Shown piece after piece: positions 16,964 to 25,883 of a stretch of DNA of 64,000 nucleotides. Source of the DNA: a bacterium (GTDB taxonomy: Bacteria > Patescibacteriota > UBA1384 > CAILIB01); the NCBI GenBank assembly GCA_037131105.1, contig JBAXRQ010000001.1, positions 2,039 through 66,038 on the forward strand. Reading direction: 5' to 3'. The translations under genes and the position numbers were made by a program. Positions within the stretch are counted from its first letter, which is position 1, and each line of letters starts with the position of its first letter. Under the pieces are notes generated by a model that had not been told where the DNA came from, searched no databases, and worked only from the letters and a program-made list of their open reading frames with translations.

Positions 16964-18070
16964 CTAGACGTTGAACCGGAAATGCATCACGTCGCCATCC
17001 TTGACGACGTATTCCTTACCTTCTGATCGCAATTTACCGGCTTCCTTGGCGCCCTGCTCACCTGAGTAGGCGATGTAGTCATCATATGAAATCACCTCAG
17101 CCCTGATAAAGCCCTTGGTGAAGTCGGTATGGATGACGCCAGCGGCCTCGGGTGCCATGGCGCCTATGCGGACGGTCCAGGCCCTGACCTCCTGAGGGCC
17201 GGCAGTAAAGTAGGTCTGCAGTCCTAGTAAATGATAAGCCGACTGTACGAGGCGGGTAAGTCCTGACTCCTCAAGTCCATAGGTAGAGAGGAACTCGCCC
17301 TGCTCTTCAGCGGGTAGGGTAGAGAGCTCTGCCTCAAGCTGGGCGCAGATCGGTACCAGCCATTCAGACGAGGGGATGATCGAGCTCAGAGCATGCTTTT
17401 CATATAGCTCTTCAGCGGTGACTCCGATCTGGTTTTCACCAACGTTGGCAACTATCAACAGAGGCTTGGCTGTCAGTAACTGTAACTCGCGGATGACTTG
17501 GTAGTCGGCCTCGGTTTCGGGCTTCACGGTTGAGGCAGGCTGTTCATTCTCAAGGGCTGCATAGACGCGTTCGCAGTAGGCTAGGCAGGCAGCGGCCTCC
17601 TTGTCATTGCCACGGGCTGCCTTAGCGTAACGATCCTTGCCTTTGCCAATAGTCTCCAGGTCGGCCAGTATGAGCTCCAGCATGACGGTTTCCAGATCAG
17701 CCTTGGGATCGATACGTCCATTTACATGGATGACGTCGGGATGTTCGAAGAAACGAGCCACCAGAATGATGGCAGCAGTTTGGCGGATGTTGGCCAGAAA
17801 CTTGTTGCCAAGGCCTTCTCCCTGGGAGGCACCTTTGATAATGCCCGCAATATCATAGAACTCTACGACAGCCGGAATGACCTTCTCGGGTTTGACTAGG
17901 CCGCTGAGGCCGCCTAGGCGAGCATCAGGTACTTCAACGATACCGATATTCGGGTCGATGGTGCAGAAGGGGTAGTTGCTGGCTACCGCCTGGCCGTTTT
18001 TGACGAGGGCATTGAAGAGGGTGGACTTGCCAACGTTGGGAAGGCCGACGATACCGAGGGAGAGGTTCAT
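16964..18070 (-). CDS. ychF: Redox-regulated ATPase YchF
   Basis: [57 protein letters not shown]. Confidence 0.97.
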   Translation of the reverse strand: MNLSLGIVGLPNVGKSTLFNALVKNGQAVASNYPFCTIDPNIGIVEVPDARLGGLSGLVKPEKVIPAVVEFYDIAGIIKGASQGEGLGNKFLANIRQTAAIILVARFFEHPDVIHVNGRIDPKADLETVMLELILADLETIGKGKDRYAKAARGNDKEAAACLAYCERVYAALENEQPASTVKPETEADYQVIRELQLLTAKPLLIVANVGENQIGVTAEELYEKHALSSIIPSSEWLVPICAQLEAELSTLPAEEQGEFLSTYGLEESGLTRLVQSAYHLLGLQTYFTAGPQEVRAWTVRIGAMAPEAAGVIHTDFTKGFIRAEVISYDDYIAYSGEQGAKEAGKLRSEGKEYVVKDGDVMHFRFNV

Positions 18071-18175
18071 GTTCTGGGCTCAGGCTTATCATGTAGCATA
18101 TAGCCCAGTGATCCTAGCATTTTCTGGCTAGTTTGACAAAGGCACTTCCAAACCTATTGACCAGGTAGGGGAAAG

Positions 18176-18589
18176 GTGATACTGTTGCGGATGCATTTTA
18201 AGGAGGTAACTGTGGAAGAGAACACGTGGAGGAACTTCAGTTGTCCTCTTAGAAAATACCTGATTCTTGATATCGGCGGTGAGCAAGTACTTGTGGCTGA
18301 CCGTTCTACTGGAGGAACAGCCCCGGTGGCAATTCTCCGCAAGTATATGGACCAGATGGGACTAGACAAAGTGACCGTTTGCGGTTGCGGTAGCGTGCAC
18401 CGCATTGATGCGACGAAGACCGTTGTCATGCAGGGGACTAGATCTGAATTTGGACCTGCTGATCACGAAACCGTGGTTCGCCTCGCCGCTAAAAGTTTAG
18501 CGAACGAAGGATTCGGGTCGTACGCATTAAAGGTCTCTGGTACGGTGGGTGATATCCAGAAGGTAAGGAGAATAGAATTATGTCTCTAG
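18176..18589 (+). CDS. Janus/Ocnus (PHPT1)-like protein, apparently degenerate
   Basis: KYLIL ... VCGCGSV ... TVVMQG..SEFGPADH resembles PHPT1 KYVLI...CLGGGRI..IHVYGYS..YG.A.H. Confidence 0.5.
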   Translation: MILLRMHFKEVTVEENTWRNFSCPLRKYLILDIGGEQVLVADRSTGGTAPVAILRKYMDQMGLDKVTVCGCGSVHRIDATKTVVMQGTRSEFGPADHETVVRLAAKSLANEGFGSYALKVSGTVGDIQKVRRIELCL

Positions 18590-18709
18590 GCCTTCACGTC
18601 TGATGATCAGTAAAGGGGTCGGCTTGCCGCCGCCCCTTTTTTTGATACTGCACTCGAATGATCTCACGCTTCCGTGATATACTGCCAAGTAATCACTGTA
18701 ATTTCTTCT

Positions 18710-20833
18710 ATGGCTAAAAAGAAGCGACGCTCCTCAAGTTCTTCTGGTAGTCGCAAGGGCGGGGTCAACCAGACAGCTGCCCATCAGATAAAGGTTCTCA
18801 TCATCGTTCTGGTGGTGTTGTTCCTATTTGCCTCTATATTCAATGCGGCAGGCAGCCTGGGGGAGATCATTCATCACTATCTGGCATTGGTCTTTGGGGT
18901 CACCACTCCTCTTTCCGCAGTTTTTCTCCTCTGGTACCTGGGCCATCATTTCTGGCCGCAGCGTTTTGCCATTCGTTTTACTACGGCGCTGGGGATAATC
19001 TTGTTTATCCTTTCTCTTAACGGATTCATTCACAGTCTGGTAGTAAGTTCTCAGGTCTATGAAACGGCACTGAAGGGTGAGGGAGGGGGAATGCTGGGCT
19101 ACCTTATCTTCAATACCGCCTACTCACTGATCGGCACCTATATCAGTCGTCTGCTTCTGATAGTCCTGATGATCATTTCTCTGATGTTGGTATTTGATAA
19201 GGCGGTTATTCCATTGACTCTTGAAGACGATGAGGAGGATGAAGATGGAGAGGCGACTAGTCGGGTGCGCGTGGTGGGTGAACTGCAGCCCAGTCCTTTA
19301 GATAAGTTTCGTAAGAAGCTGGTAAAGACCCAGACTATCGAAGTTGCTCAACCCAAGAAAGCGGCTATGCCGGCTGTTAGTCGTACGGCAAACTGGAACT
19401 ATCCCTCGGTCAGCTTGTTGGACATCATCGACATGAAGCCCCAGGCTGGCAATATCCAGAAGCGTATGGAGACTATCAAGAAGACTTTGGCAGACTTCGG
19501 CATCGAGGTAAGCATGACCGATGTAAACGTCGGTCCTACCGTCACTCAGTACACCCTGAAGCCTGCTGACGGGGTGAAGCTGAATCAGATTACAGCACGG
19601 CAGGATGACCTGGCTCTGGCGTTGGCAGCCCAAGAGCTGCGGGTAGAGGCGCCTATCCCTGGTAAGGCCTTGGTGGGTATTGAGATTCCTAATGAGAAGA
19701 AGGCCATGGTCGGTCTGCGCGACATCCTGGAGTCAAAGGAGTTCAAGCAGTCGGGCTCCAAGCTGTCGTTGGCCATGGGTAGAGACGTTGCCGGCGCGCC
19801 GATAGTGGTAGACCTGGCTCGCATGCCTCACGCCTTGGTGGCCGGTGCTACTGGCTCAGGTAAGTCGGTCTGTATCAACTCGATCATCCTTTCACTGCTG
19901 TATAATAATTCACCTGACGAGCTGCGCCTCATCCTGGTAGACCCTAAGCGGGTTGAGCTTACCGGCTATAACGGCATTCCCCATCTGCTTACTCCAGTTA
20001 TCACCGAGACCAAGGACACTATTCCGGCCCTGCACTGGGCGGTACGCGAAATGGAACGCCGTTACAAACTGTTCCAGACCACTGGCAAGCGCAATATCGA
20101 CCTGTACAACCAGGAGCCCGACCTGGCCGAGGGCAAGCTGCCCTACATCGTCATTATCATCGATGAGTTGGCCGATCTGATGATGGTTGCTGCGCGCGAC
20201 GTGGAAGGTTCCATCGTCCGTCTGGCTCAGATGGCCCGAGCCGTGGGCATCCACCTTATCGTTGCTACCCAGCGCCCATCCGTTGACGTGATCACCGGCC
20301 TTATCAAGGCCAATGTGCCTACGCGGGTAGCCTTCGCAGTGGCTAGTCAGATTGACTCCCGTACTATCATTGACCAGGCCGGCGCCGAAAAGCTGCTCGG
20401 ATATGGAGACATGCTGTACATCAGTACTGAAGTGGGTAAGCCTAAGCGTATCCAGGGAGTATTCGCTTCCGAGAAAGAGATCAACGCCGTCATCGCCCAT
20501 ATCAAGATTCAGGAAGAAGGCGACCGGTATGACCCTAGCGTACTTGAGACCAGGGTGGAGAGCCGCCTAGGCGGAAGCCGGGACGGGGGAGAGATCGATG
20601 ACGAGCTGTTCAATGAGGCTTATGAGGTGGTGCGCCAGGCGGGCAAGGCATCCTCGACGCTCCTGCAGACCCGCCTAAGCGTCGGATATGCCCGGGCAGC
20701 CCGCCTCATACAGGCCCTGGAAGACAAGGGTATGATCGGCCCTGCCAAGGGTGCCAAGCCTCGAGAAGTATACGGGTCAGAAACGACTGGGGACGAGGAA
20801 ATGGGCATTGAAGCCTATCCCGAAGGGGAGTAA
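18710..20833 (+). CDS. ftsK: DNA translocase FtsK/SpoIIIE
   Basis: N-terminal TMs, MPHALVAGATGSGKS, DPKRVEL, IIDELADLM, ATQRPSVDVITG, gamma domain. Confidence 0.96.
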   Translation: MAKKKRRSSSSSGSRKGGVNQTAAHQIKVLIIVLVVLFLFASIFNAAGSLGEIIHHYLALVFGVTTPLSAVFLLWYLGHHFWPQRFAIRFTTALGIILFILSLNGFIHSLVVSSQVYETALKGEGGGMLGYLIFNTAYSLIGTYISRLLLIVLMIISLMLVFDKAVIPLTLEDDEEDEDGEATSRVRVVGELQPSPLDKFRKKLVKTQTIEVAQPKKAAMPAVSRTANWNYPSVSLLDIIDMKPQAGNIQKRMETIKKTLADFGIEVSMTDVNVGPTVTQYTLKPADGVKLNQITARQDDLALALAAQELRVEAPIPGKALVGIEIPNEKKAMVGLRDILESKEFKQSGSKLSLAMGRDVAGAPIVVDLARMPHALVAGATGSGKSVCINSIILSLLYNNSPDELRLILVDPKRVELTGYNGIPHLLTPVITETKDTIPALHWAVREMERRYKLFQTTGKRNIDLYNQEPDLAEGKLPYIVIIIDELADLMMVAARDVEGSIVRLAQMARAVGIHLIVATQRPSVDVITGLIKANVPTRVAFAVASQIDSRTIIDQAGAEKLLGYGDMLYISTEVGKPKRIQGVFASEKEINAVIAHIKIQEEGDRYDPSVLETRVESRLGGSRDGGEIDDELFNEAYEVVRQAGKASSTLLQTRLSVGYARAARLIQALEDKGMIGPAKGAKPREVYGSETTGDEEMGIEAYPEGE

Positions 20834-20866
20834 CATAAGCTCATAATCACCTAACACCTTCACCGC

Positions 20867-21568
20867 GTGGCAGCAGGCTTTCGAACAAGGAGGATTAAGA
20901 CGGAGAGCTCAATCGGCGACAAGCTGAAGCGGGCTCGCACTCGCCGACGTCTCAGCGTTGCCCAGGCAGAAGAGGAGACTAGGATTCGCGCTCGTTTCAT
21001 TCTTGCTCTTGAGGGGGACTCCTGGGACCAGATTCCGTCCGAAGCCTATGGCCGGGGTTATCTGGAAAGCTACGCAGGCTACCTGCAGCTGGCTGTTGAG
21101 CCTATCATGCGCCAGTATGCCCGAGAGCGTGAACTGTATGCCCGCAAATGCCAGGACGGGCCGGTGGAGCTTACTCCCATGTCCCACCTTTCATTGCCTA
21201 AGTTCTTTCTTACCCCCCGTTTCTTTACTATCGGGGCGGCAGTTCTGGTGCTCATGATCGGGGTAGGAATGGTAGGGTATCAGATCCGGAAGTTCACGGC
21301 GCTGCCATTTCTAGAAGTGGCCACCCCCGCCCAGGCCAAGGGTCAGGAAGGCTCTGACCTGGTAGTCTCTACCGACTCTATCAATATCACCGGTCGTACG
21401 GTAATGGGTGCCGCCGTTGAGGTTAACGGACGAGCCGCTACGGTAGACGACGGGGGAGGCTTTCGTTCTACCGTAGCCTTGCAAAAGGGGAGTAATTCTA
21501 TTCTGGTAGAAGCCACCGACGGTTCAGGGAAGAAAAGTTCTCAGGTCCTCAACGTCGTAGCTCAGTAG
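20867..21568 (+). CDS. RodZ-like HTH protein with TM and C-terminal Ig-like domain
   Basis: IGDKLKRAR..IRARFILALE...YGRGYLESYA; single TM; beta-rich C-terminus. Confidence 0.8.
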   Translation: MAAGFRTRRIKTESSIGDKLKRARTRRRLSVAQAEEETRIRARFILALEGDSWDQIPSEAYGRGYLESYAGYLQLAVEPIMRQYARERELYARKCQDGPVELTPMSHLSLPKFFLTPRFFTIGAAVLVLMIGVGMVGYQIRKFTALPFLEVATPAQAKGQEGSDLVVSTDSINITGRTVMGAAVEVNGRAATVDDGGGFRSTVALQKGSNSILVEATDGSGKKSSQVLNVVAQ

Positions 21569-21676
21569 TTCAATGTTGCTAGTATTGTACTAGCTTGCAA
21601 AGCCACTTTGCTTTGGTAGAGTGGGTAGGAGAGAAGCCGCTCTTTTTTAGATTAGTAATTCGCACTGGGAGGCATA

Positions 21677-22774
21677 ATGGCAGATACACAGAACCCGGAG
21701 CTCTCCGGTAAAAAAGCGGCCTTGGAGATGGCCATAGCTTCCATCGAGAAGCAGTTCGGTAAGGGGTCCATCATGACCATGGGCGGGGCAAATAACGTTG
21801 GTTCCATTGAGGTTATCCCAACAGGCATCATCAGCCTGGATATTGCTCTGGGCGGTGGTATTCCTCGTGGCCGTATCATTGAGATCTATGGGCCAGAGTC
21901 TTCAGGTAAGACCACTCTTTCCACCTACATCCTGGGACAGGTGCAGAAGCGGGGAGGCCTAGCCGCCTTCGTTGACGCTGAGCACGCCTTTGATCCTGAG
22001 TACGCCAAGACCTTGGGAGTACAGCTTGACGATCTGCTGGTCTCGCAGCCTGACACGGGTGAGCAGGCATTGGAGATCACTGAGACGCTGGTGCGCTCAA
22101 ACGCCGTTGACATCGTAGTCATCGACTCGGTGGCTGCTCTGGTGCCGCGGGCTGAGATCGAGGGTGAGATGGGTGACGCCATGGTAGGCGTCCAGGCTCG
22201 GCTGATGTCCCAGGCTCTGCGTAAGCTGACCGGCGCCATCTCCAAGTCAAAGACCACCGTGATCTTCATCAACCAGATCCGCATGAAGATCGGCGTCATG
22301 TTCGGAAACCCAGAGACCACTACCGGTGGAAACGCCCTGAAATTCTATGCTTCCGTGCGTATGGATATCCGACGCAAGGAACAGATCAAGGACGGGGACG
22401 TGGTGACCGGAGTCGCTACCGGAGTGAAGGTGGTGAAGAATAAGGTGGCTCCTCCCTTCCGCACAGCGCTCTTCGACATTATCTACGGCGAGGGTATCTC
22501 CCGTGAGGGCGGCCTACTGGATGTAGGAGTAGAGCAGGACATCGTCAGGAAGTCCGGTGCCTGGTATTACCTGGGAGAGGAGAAGCTGGGACAGGGGAAA
22601 GAGGGCGCACGTGAGTATCTCAAGGCTCATCCTGAGCTTTCCGCAAAGATTGAAAAGGAGATCCGGGCCAAGACCGGCCTGGACAAGGTGACTATCGCCG
22701 GATCCCAGGGTGACTCAGAGCCAAAGGAGTTTGAAGAGAAGCCAACCAAGAAGAACCGAGAGAAGGCTTCCTAG
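21677..22774 (+). CDS. recA: Recombinase RecA
   Basis: [40 protein letters not shown]. Confidence 0.99.
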   Translation: MADTQNPELSGKKAALEMAIASIEKQFGKGSIMTMGGANNVGSIEVIPTGIISLDIALGGGIPRGRIIEIYGPESSGKTTLSTYILGQVQKRGGLAAFVDAEHAFDPEYAKTLGVQLDDLLVSQPDTGEQALEITETLVRSNAVDIVVIDSVAALVPRAEIEGEMGDAMVGVQARLMSQALRKLTGAISKSKTTVIFINQIRMKIGVMFGNPETTTGGNALKFYASVRMDIRRKEQIKDGDVVTGVATGVKVVKNKVAPPFRTALFDIIYGEGISREGGLLDVGVEQDIVRKSGAWYYLGEEKLGQGKEGAREYLKAHPELSAKIEKEIRAKTGLDKVTIAGSQGDSEPKEFEEKPTKKNREKAS

Positions 22775-22783
22775 CCACCTCTC

Positions 22784-23251
22784 ATGCGCGATCCGCTTAC
22801 CTATTGCCTGGTCCTGATCAAGAAACGGCTGCGAAGCCGGTACGAGCTGGACCAGGCAATGAAGCGGCACGAGGTGGAGGATGAGAAGCGAGACGAGGTC
22901 CTGCAGGTACTTACCGAGCAGGGCCTTGTTAATGACACGGCCTATGCCAGGGCGTGGGTGCATACTAGGGACCGCCTAGCACCGCGTGGAGCGGCCGTAT
23001 TGCGTCAGGAACTCATGTTGAAGGGGATTGGGAAGGAGATCATCTCAGAGGTCCTTGCTGAGCGTCGTGAGCAGTCCGAGGACGAGGAAGATGAGCAGCC
23101 GACCGAGGATGAATTGGCCCGGCGACTGATGGCCGGCAAGGAGCGACTCTACGCAAACCTTACTCCTGAAGTGAGGAAACGGCGGCTGATGGCATTTCTT
23201 CAGAGGCGCGGCTTTTCCTATGATGTCATCCGTCGTATACTGGATGCATGA
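22784..23251 (+). CDS. recX: Regulatory protein RecX
   Basis: RSRYEL, LVND..YA, ELMLKGI, FLQRRGF; directly after recA. Confidence 0.9.
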   Translation: MRDPLTYCLVLIKKRLRSRYELDQAMKRHEVEDEKRDEVLQVLTEQGLVNDTAYARAWVHTRDRLAPRGAAVLRQELMLKGIGKEIISEVLAERREQSEDEEDEQPTEDELARRLMAGKERLYANLTPEVRKRRLMAFLQRRGFSYDVIRRILDA

Positions 23252-25506
23252 GTGCTAATTACTGCCGCTGGCTCTATGAGATAGGGCCAGAGGAAACGGA
23301 GGGGTGGGAATACGAGGCAAGGGATCTGGCGGCGGTCAGCCGTACCGGGGTAGCAGTACCTCCGGGATTCGTCGTGTCGTACAAGGTTTTTGAGCAATTG
23401 TTTGAGAGTCGTTCCCTTGCCGGAAACATTTCCAAGGCTGGCAAGGGGTTGTCGGCTTCCAGGCCTGAACGTTTCGCTGCAGCTGCCAAGGATATACGGG
23501 CTGCTGTAGTTGGTGCTGAGTTCCCGGTTGAAGCCAGTTCTTCCCTGAAAGCTTTTTATGAGCAACTGCGTACGCAGCTTCTTCACTCTTCTGATAAGGC
23601 GGTTCGCCTCCATCTGACCGGCCTTTCAGACAATGAGGTCACGTTGGTGCAGTCGGTAAAGAGCGGAGCCGAGTTTGAGAAGGCGCTTAGGCAGTTGTTT
23701 AGTCTGCTTTTTACAGAACATGATCTCTTCCAGAGGGTTCAAGCTCGTCAGCCGTTGGTTCCTAACTCCTTCGGTGTGCTGATCCAATACCTGGAGGCAC
23801 CGGTCGCCAGTGGTTTGGCTGCCTGCCATGACCAGAGTGAGCATGACGACCTGACTATTCAGATAGATGCCTGGCCCCTGACCCGCCCTACCAAGGCCGC
23901 CAAGGAGACGATGGCTACACATGACAGCTTTAGGGTAGATCGCAAGTCGCTTACTCTTCTTTCCCGTAACTTGAAACGTCAGTGGTGGGCTGAGGATGGC
24001 AGCGGAAAATTCATTGCGCCCAAGCAGCAGCCTGACCTGGCTACAGCATTAGATGATGACCAGGTGCTTAGGCTGGCTCGCTTCATCAAGCTTGCTCAGG
24101 CGCCCTTCCAGTCGACTATGCGGTTCGAATGGGTCTATGCCCATAAGCAGTTTCTGATCACCCGGGCCTACCGGATGGAACATCGCGCCGACTGCGAATG
24201 CAGCCTGCCACCGGCTCCGCCCCTGCCACCGGATATCCAACCAGCGTTGGTTCAGGGTCTTTCAGGTGCACTGGGAGTTGTCTCTGGACCTGCTCGCCTC
24301 ATTAAACACAAGAAGGACCAAGCCCAGCTGAAACCAGGAGAGATAGCTGTAACTGAGCACCTGACTAGTCAGGACGCTGATTGGTTACAGAATGCAGCTG
24401 GAGTAGTCACCGAAGCTGGTACCCAGACCAGTCCTGAGTCACGGGTGGCACAGCAGCTCTTGGTTCCGGCGGTAGTAGGCGCCAGCAAAGCTCTGAGCCT
24501 TATCGGAAACGGCCAGATCATTACAGTAGATGGTAGAAGGGGTGCGGTGTATAAGGGGGTTATACCGAGAGAGGCCGCCTATGCGCCTAATCAGTCACCG
24601 GTCACTGGCACCAAGATTTGGACCCTGGTCTCTGACCCGTACCAGGTAAGCGGTCCCGAGCTTATCGCAAGCGACGGCGTCGGCCTGATGCGAGGTGAGT
24701 TCATTATCAGGATGCTCGGCCTGCATCCCCATGACGTGCTGCGCAGGGGCTTTGCCGGTGAGTACTCGGATATCCTGGCTGAGGGCATCTCCCGGGTAGC
24801 CCGCCTGATCAATCCGCATCCCCTGGTCTATCAGCTACATGACCTGAACAGCGCCGACCTGCTGGGCCTCAGGGAGCGTCATCATGACCGGCATGAGCCC
24901 AATCCCATCCTGGGCTTCCGCGGCACCCACCGCTTGCTCAGCGAGCCTGAGCTTCTGGAGATAGAGCTGCAGGCCCTTTCACAAGTGGCTGACAAGGGGG
25001 CTGATCACATCTCGATCATGCTGCCAATGGTCAGGAGCATTGACGAGGTGAAACGCATGATCAAGTATCTGCAGGACTCGCCTCTTTCCGCCCATCTGGC
25101 CACCAAGGTCTGGGTGAAGTGCGAGACCCCCGCCATGCTTATCTTGATGGAGGAGCTCTGCCAGCTGGATATAGCCGGCGTCTGCTTCGAGGTCCCCGCC
25201 CTTACCCAGCTGATCCAGGGTATAGACAGGGACAATGCCCAGGTGGCCCATCACCTCGATACCACCGGCCAAGCTGTAGAACAGGCTCTGACTTTCGCAA
25301 TTGCCACCTGCCGCAATGCCGGTATCGCCACAATGCTGGTGGCGGAGCTCGACGAACTACGTCCAGAAGTCGTCCAGAGCGCCGTGAAGGCCGGTCTGAC
25401 CGGCGTTACCGTCATACCTAGCTTCCTGCCCGAAATGAGGGCCTTCCTGGCCTCTGTGGAGCAGCGCATGCTTTTAGATCACGTGCTGAGTGAGGACGTG
25501 GCCTAG
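23248..25506 (+). CDS. PEP synthase (PpsA)-like protein, catalytic residues degenerate
   Basis: VPPGFV, swivel domain, TVDG..G.VY.G, DGVGLMRGEF, EPNPILGFRG; the TSH phospho-His motif reads TSP. Confidence 0.85.
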   Translation: MSANYCRWLYEIGPEETEGWEYEARDLAAVSRTGVAVPPGFVVSYKVFEQLFESRSLAGNISKAGKGLSASRPERFAAAAKDIRAAVVGAEFPVEASSSLKAFYEQLRTQLLHSSDKAVRLHLTGLSDNEVTLVQSVKSGAEFEKALRQLFSLLFTEHDLFQRVQARQPLVPNSFGVLIQYLEAPVASGLAACHDQSEHDDLTIQIDAWPLTRPTKAAKETMATHDSFRVDRKSLTLLSRNLKRQWWAEDGSGKFIAPKQQPDLATALDDDQVLRLARFIKLAQAPFQSTMRFEWVYAHKQFLITRAYRMEHRADCECSLPPAPPLPPDIQPALVQGLSGALGVVSGPARLIKHKKDQAQLKPGEIAVTEHLTSQDADWLQNAAGVVTEAGTQTSPESRVAQQLLVPAVVGASKALSLIGNGQIITVDGRRGAVYKGVIPREAAYAPNQSPVTGTKIWTLVSDPYQVSGPELIASDGVGLMRGEFIIRMLGLHPHDVLRRGFAGEYSDILAEGISRVARLINPHPLVYQLHDLNSADLLGLRERHHDRHEPNPILGFRGTHRLLSEPELLEIELQALSQVADKGADHISIMLPMVRSIDEVKRMIKYLQDSPLSAHLATKVWVKCETPAMLILMEELCQLDIAGVCFEVPALTQLIQGIDRDNAQVAHHLDTTGQAVEQALTFAIATCRNAGIATMLVAELDELRPEVVQSAVKAGLTGVTVIPSFLPEMRAFLASVEQRMLLDHVLSEDVA

Positions 25507-25552
25507 GGTTGAAGAAGGGAAAAGAATTTGTTACTCTCTTGAGAGTAAGTAA

Positions 25553-25628
25553 TCCCCTGTAGCTCAGTGGTAGTAGCGCCTCGCTGTTAACGAGGATGTC
25601 GTTGGTTCGAATCCAACCGGGGGAGCCA
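25553..25628 (+). tRNA. tRNA-Asn(GUU)
   Basis: Anticodon arm CCTCG-CTGTTAA-CGAGG; discriminator G plus CCA. Confidence 0.95.
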
Positions 25629-25709
25629 AAGAAAAAGACAGATCCTCGGATCTGTCTTTTTCTTTGTTTATCGTAAGGTTGGATTCGAAAGGGAGAGGGG
25701 TGGGGAGAA
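25628..25709 (+). repeat. tRNA-Asn 3'-associated module (truncated)
   Basis: Terminator, 13-bp inverted T-arm copy 25677-25689, then gggagaggggtggggagaa shared with the Ile module. Confidence 0.75.
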
Positions 25710-25883
25710 TATGGGCCTTGCTTATAGTGCAAACTCCTTCTTTCTGATGTCTTACTTGATCGTTTTTGTACTCCGAGACCGAGATTGAGACTAGTGTTAA
25801 TAGTTAGTTCACTCTGTATCGCCTCAGTTTCTTCCCTTTATCTCCGGCCTGCCTGTATACTTGATGCATCTATAAAAAATACC

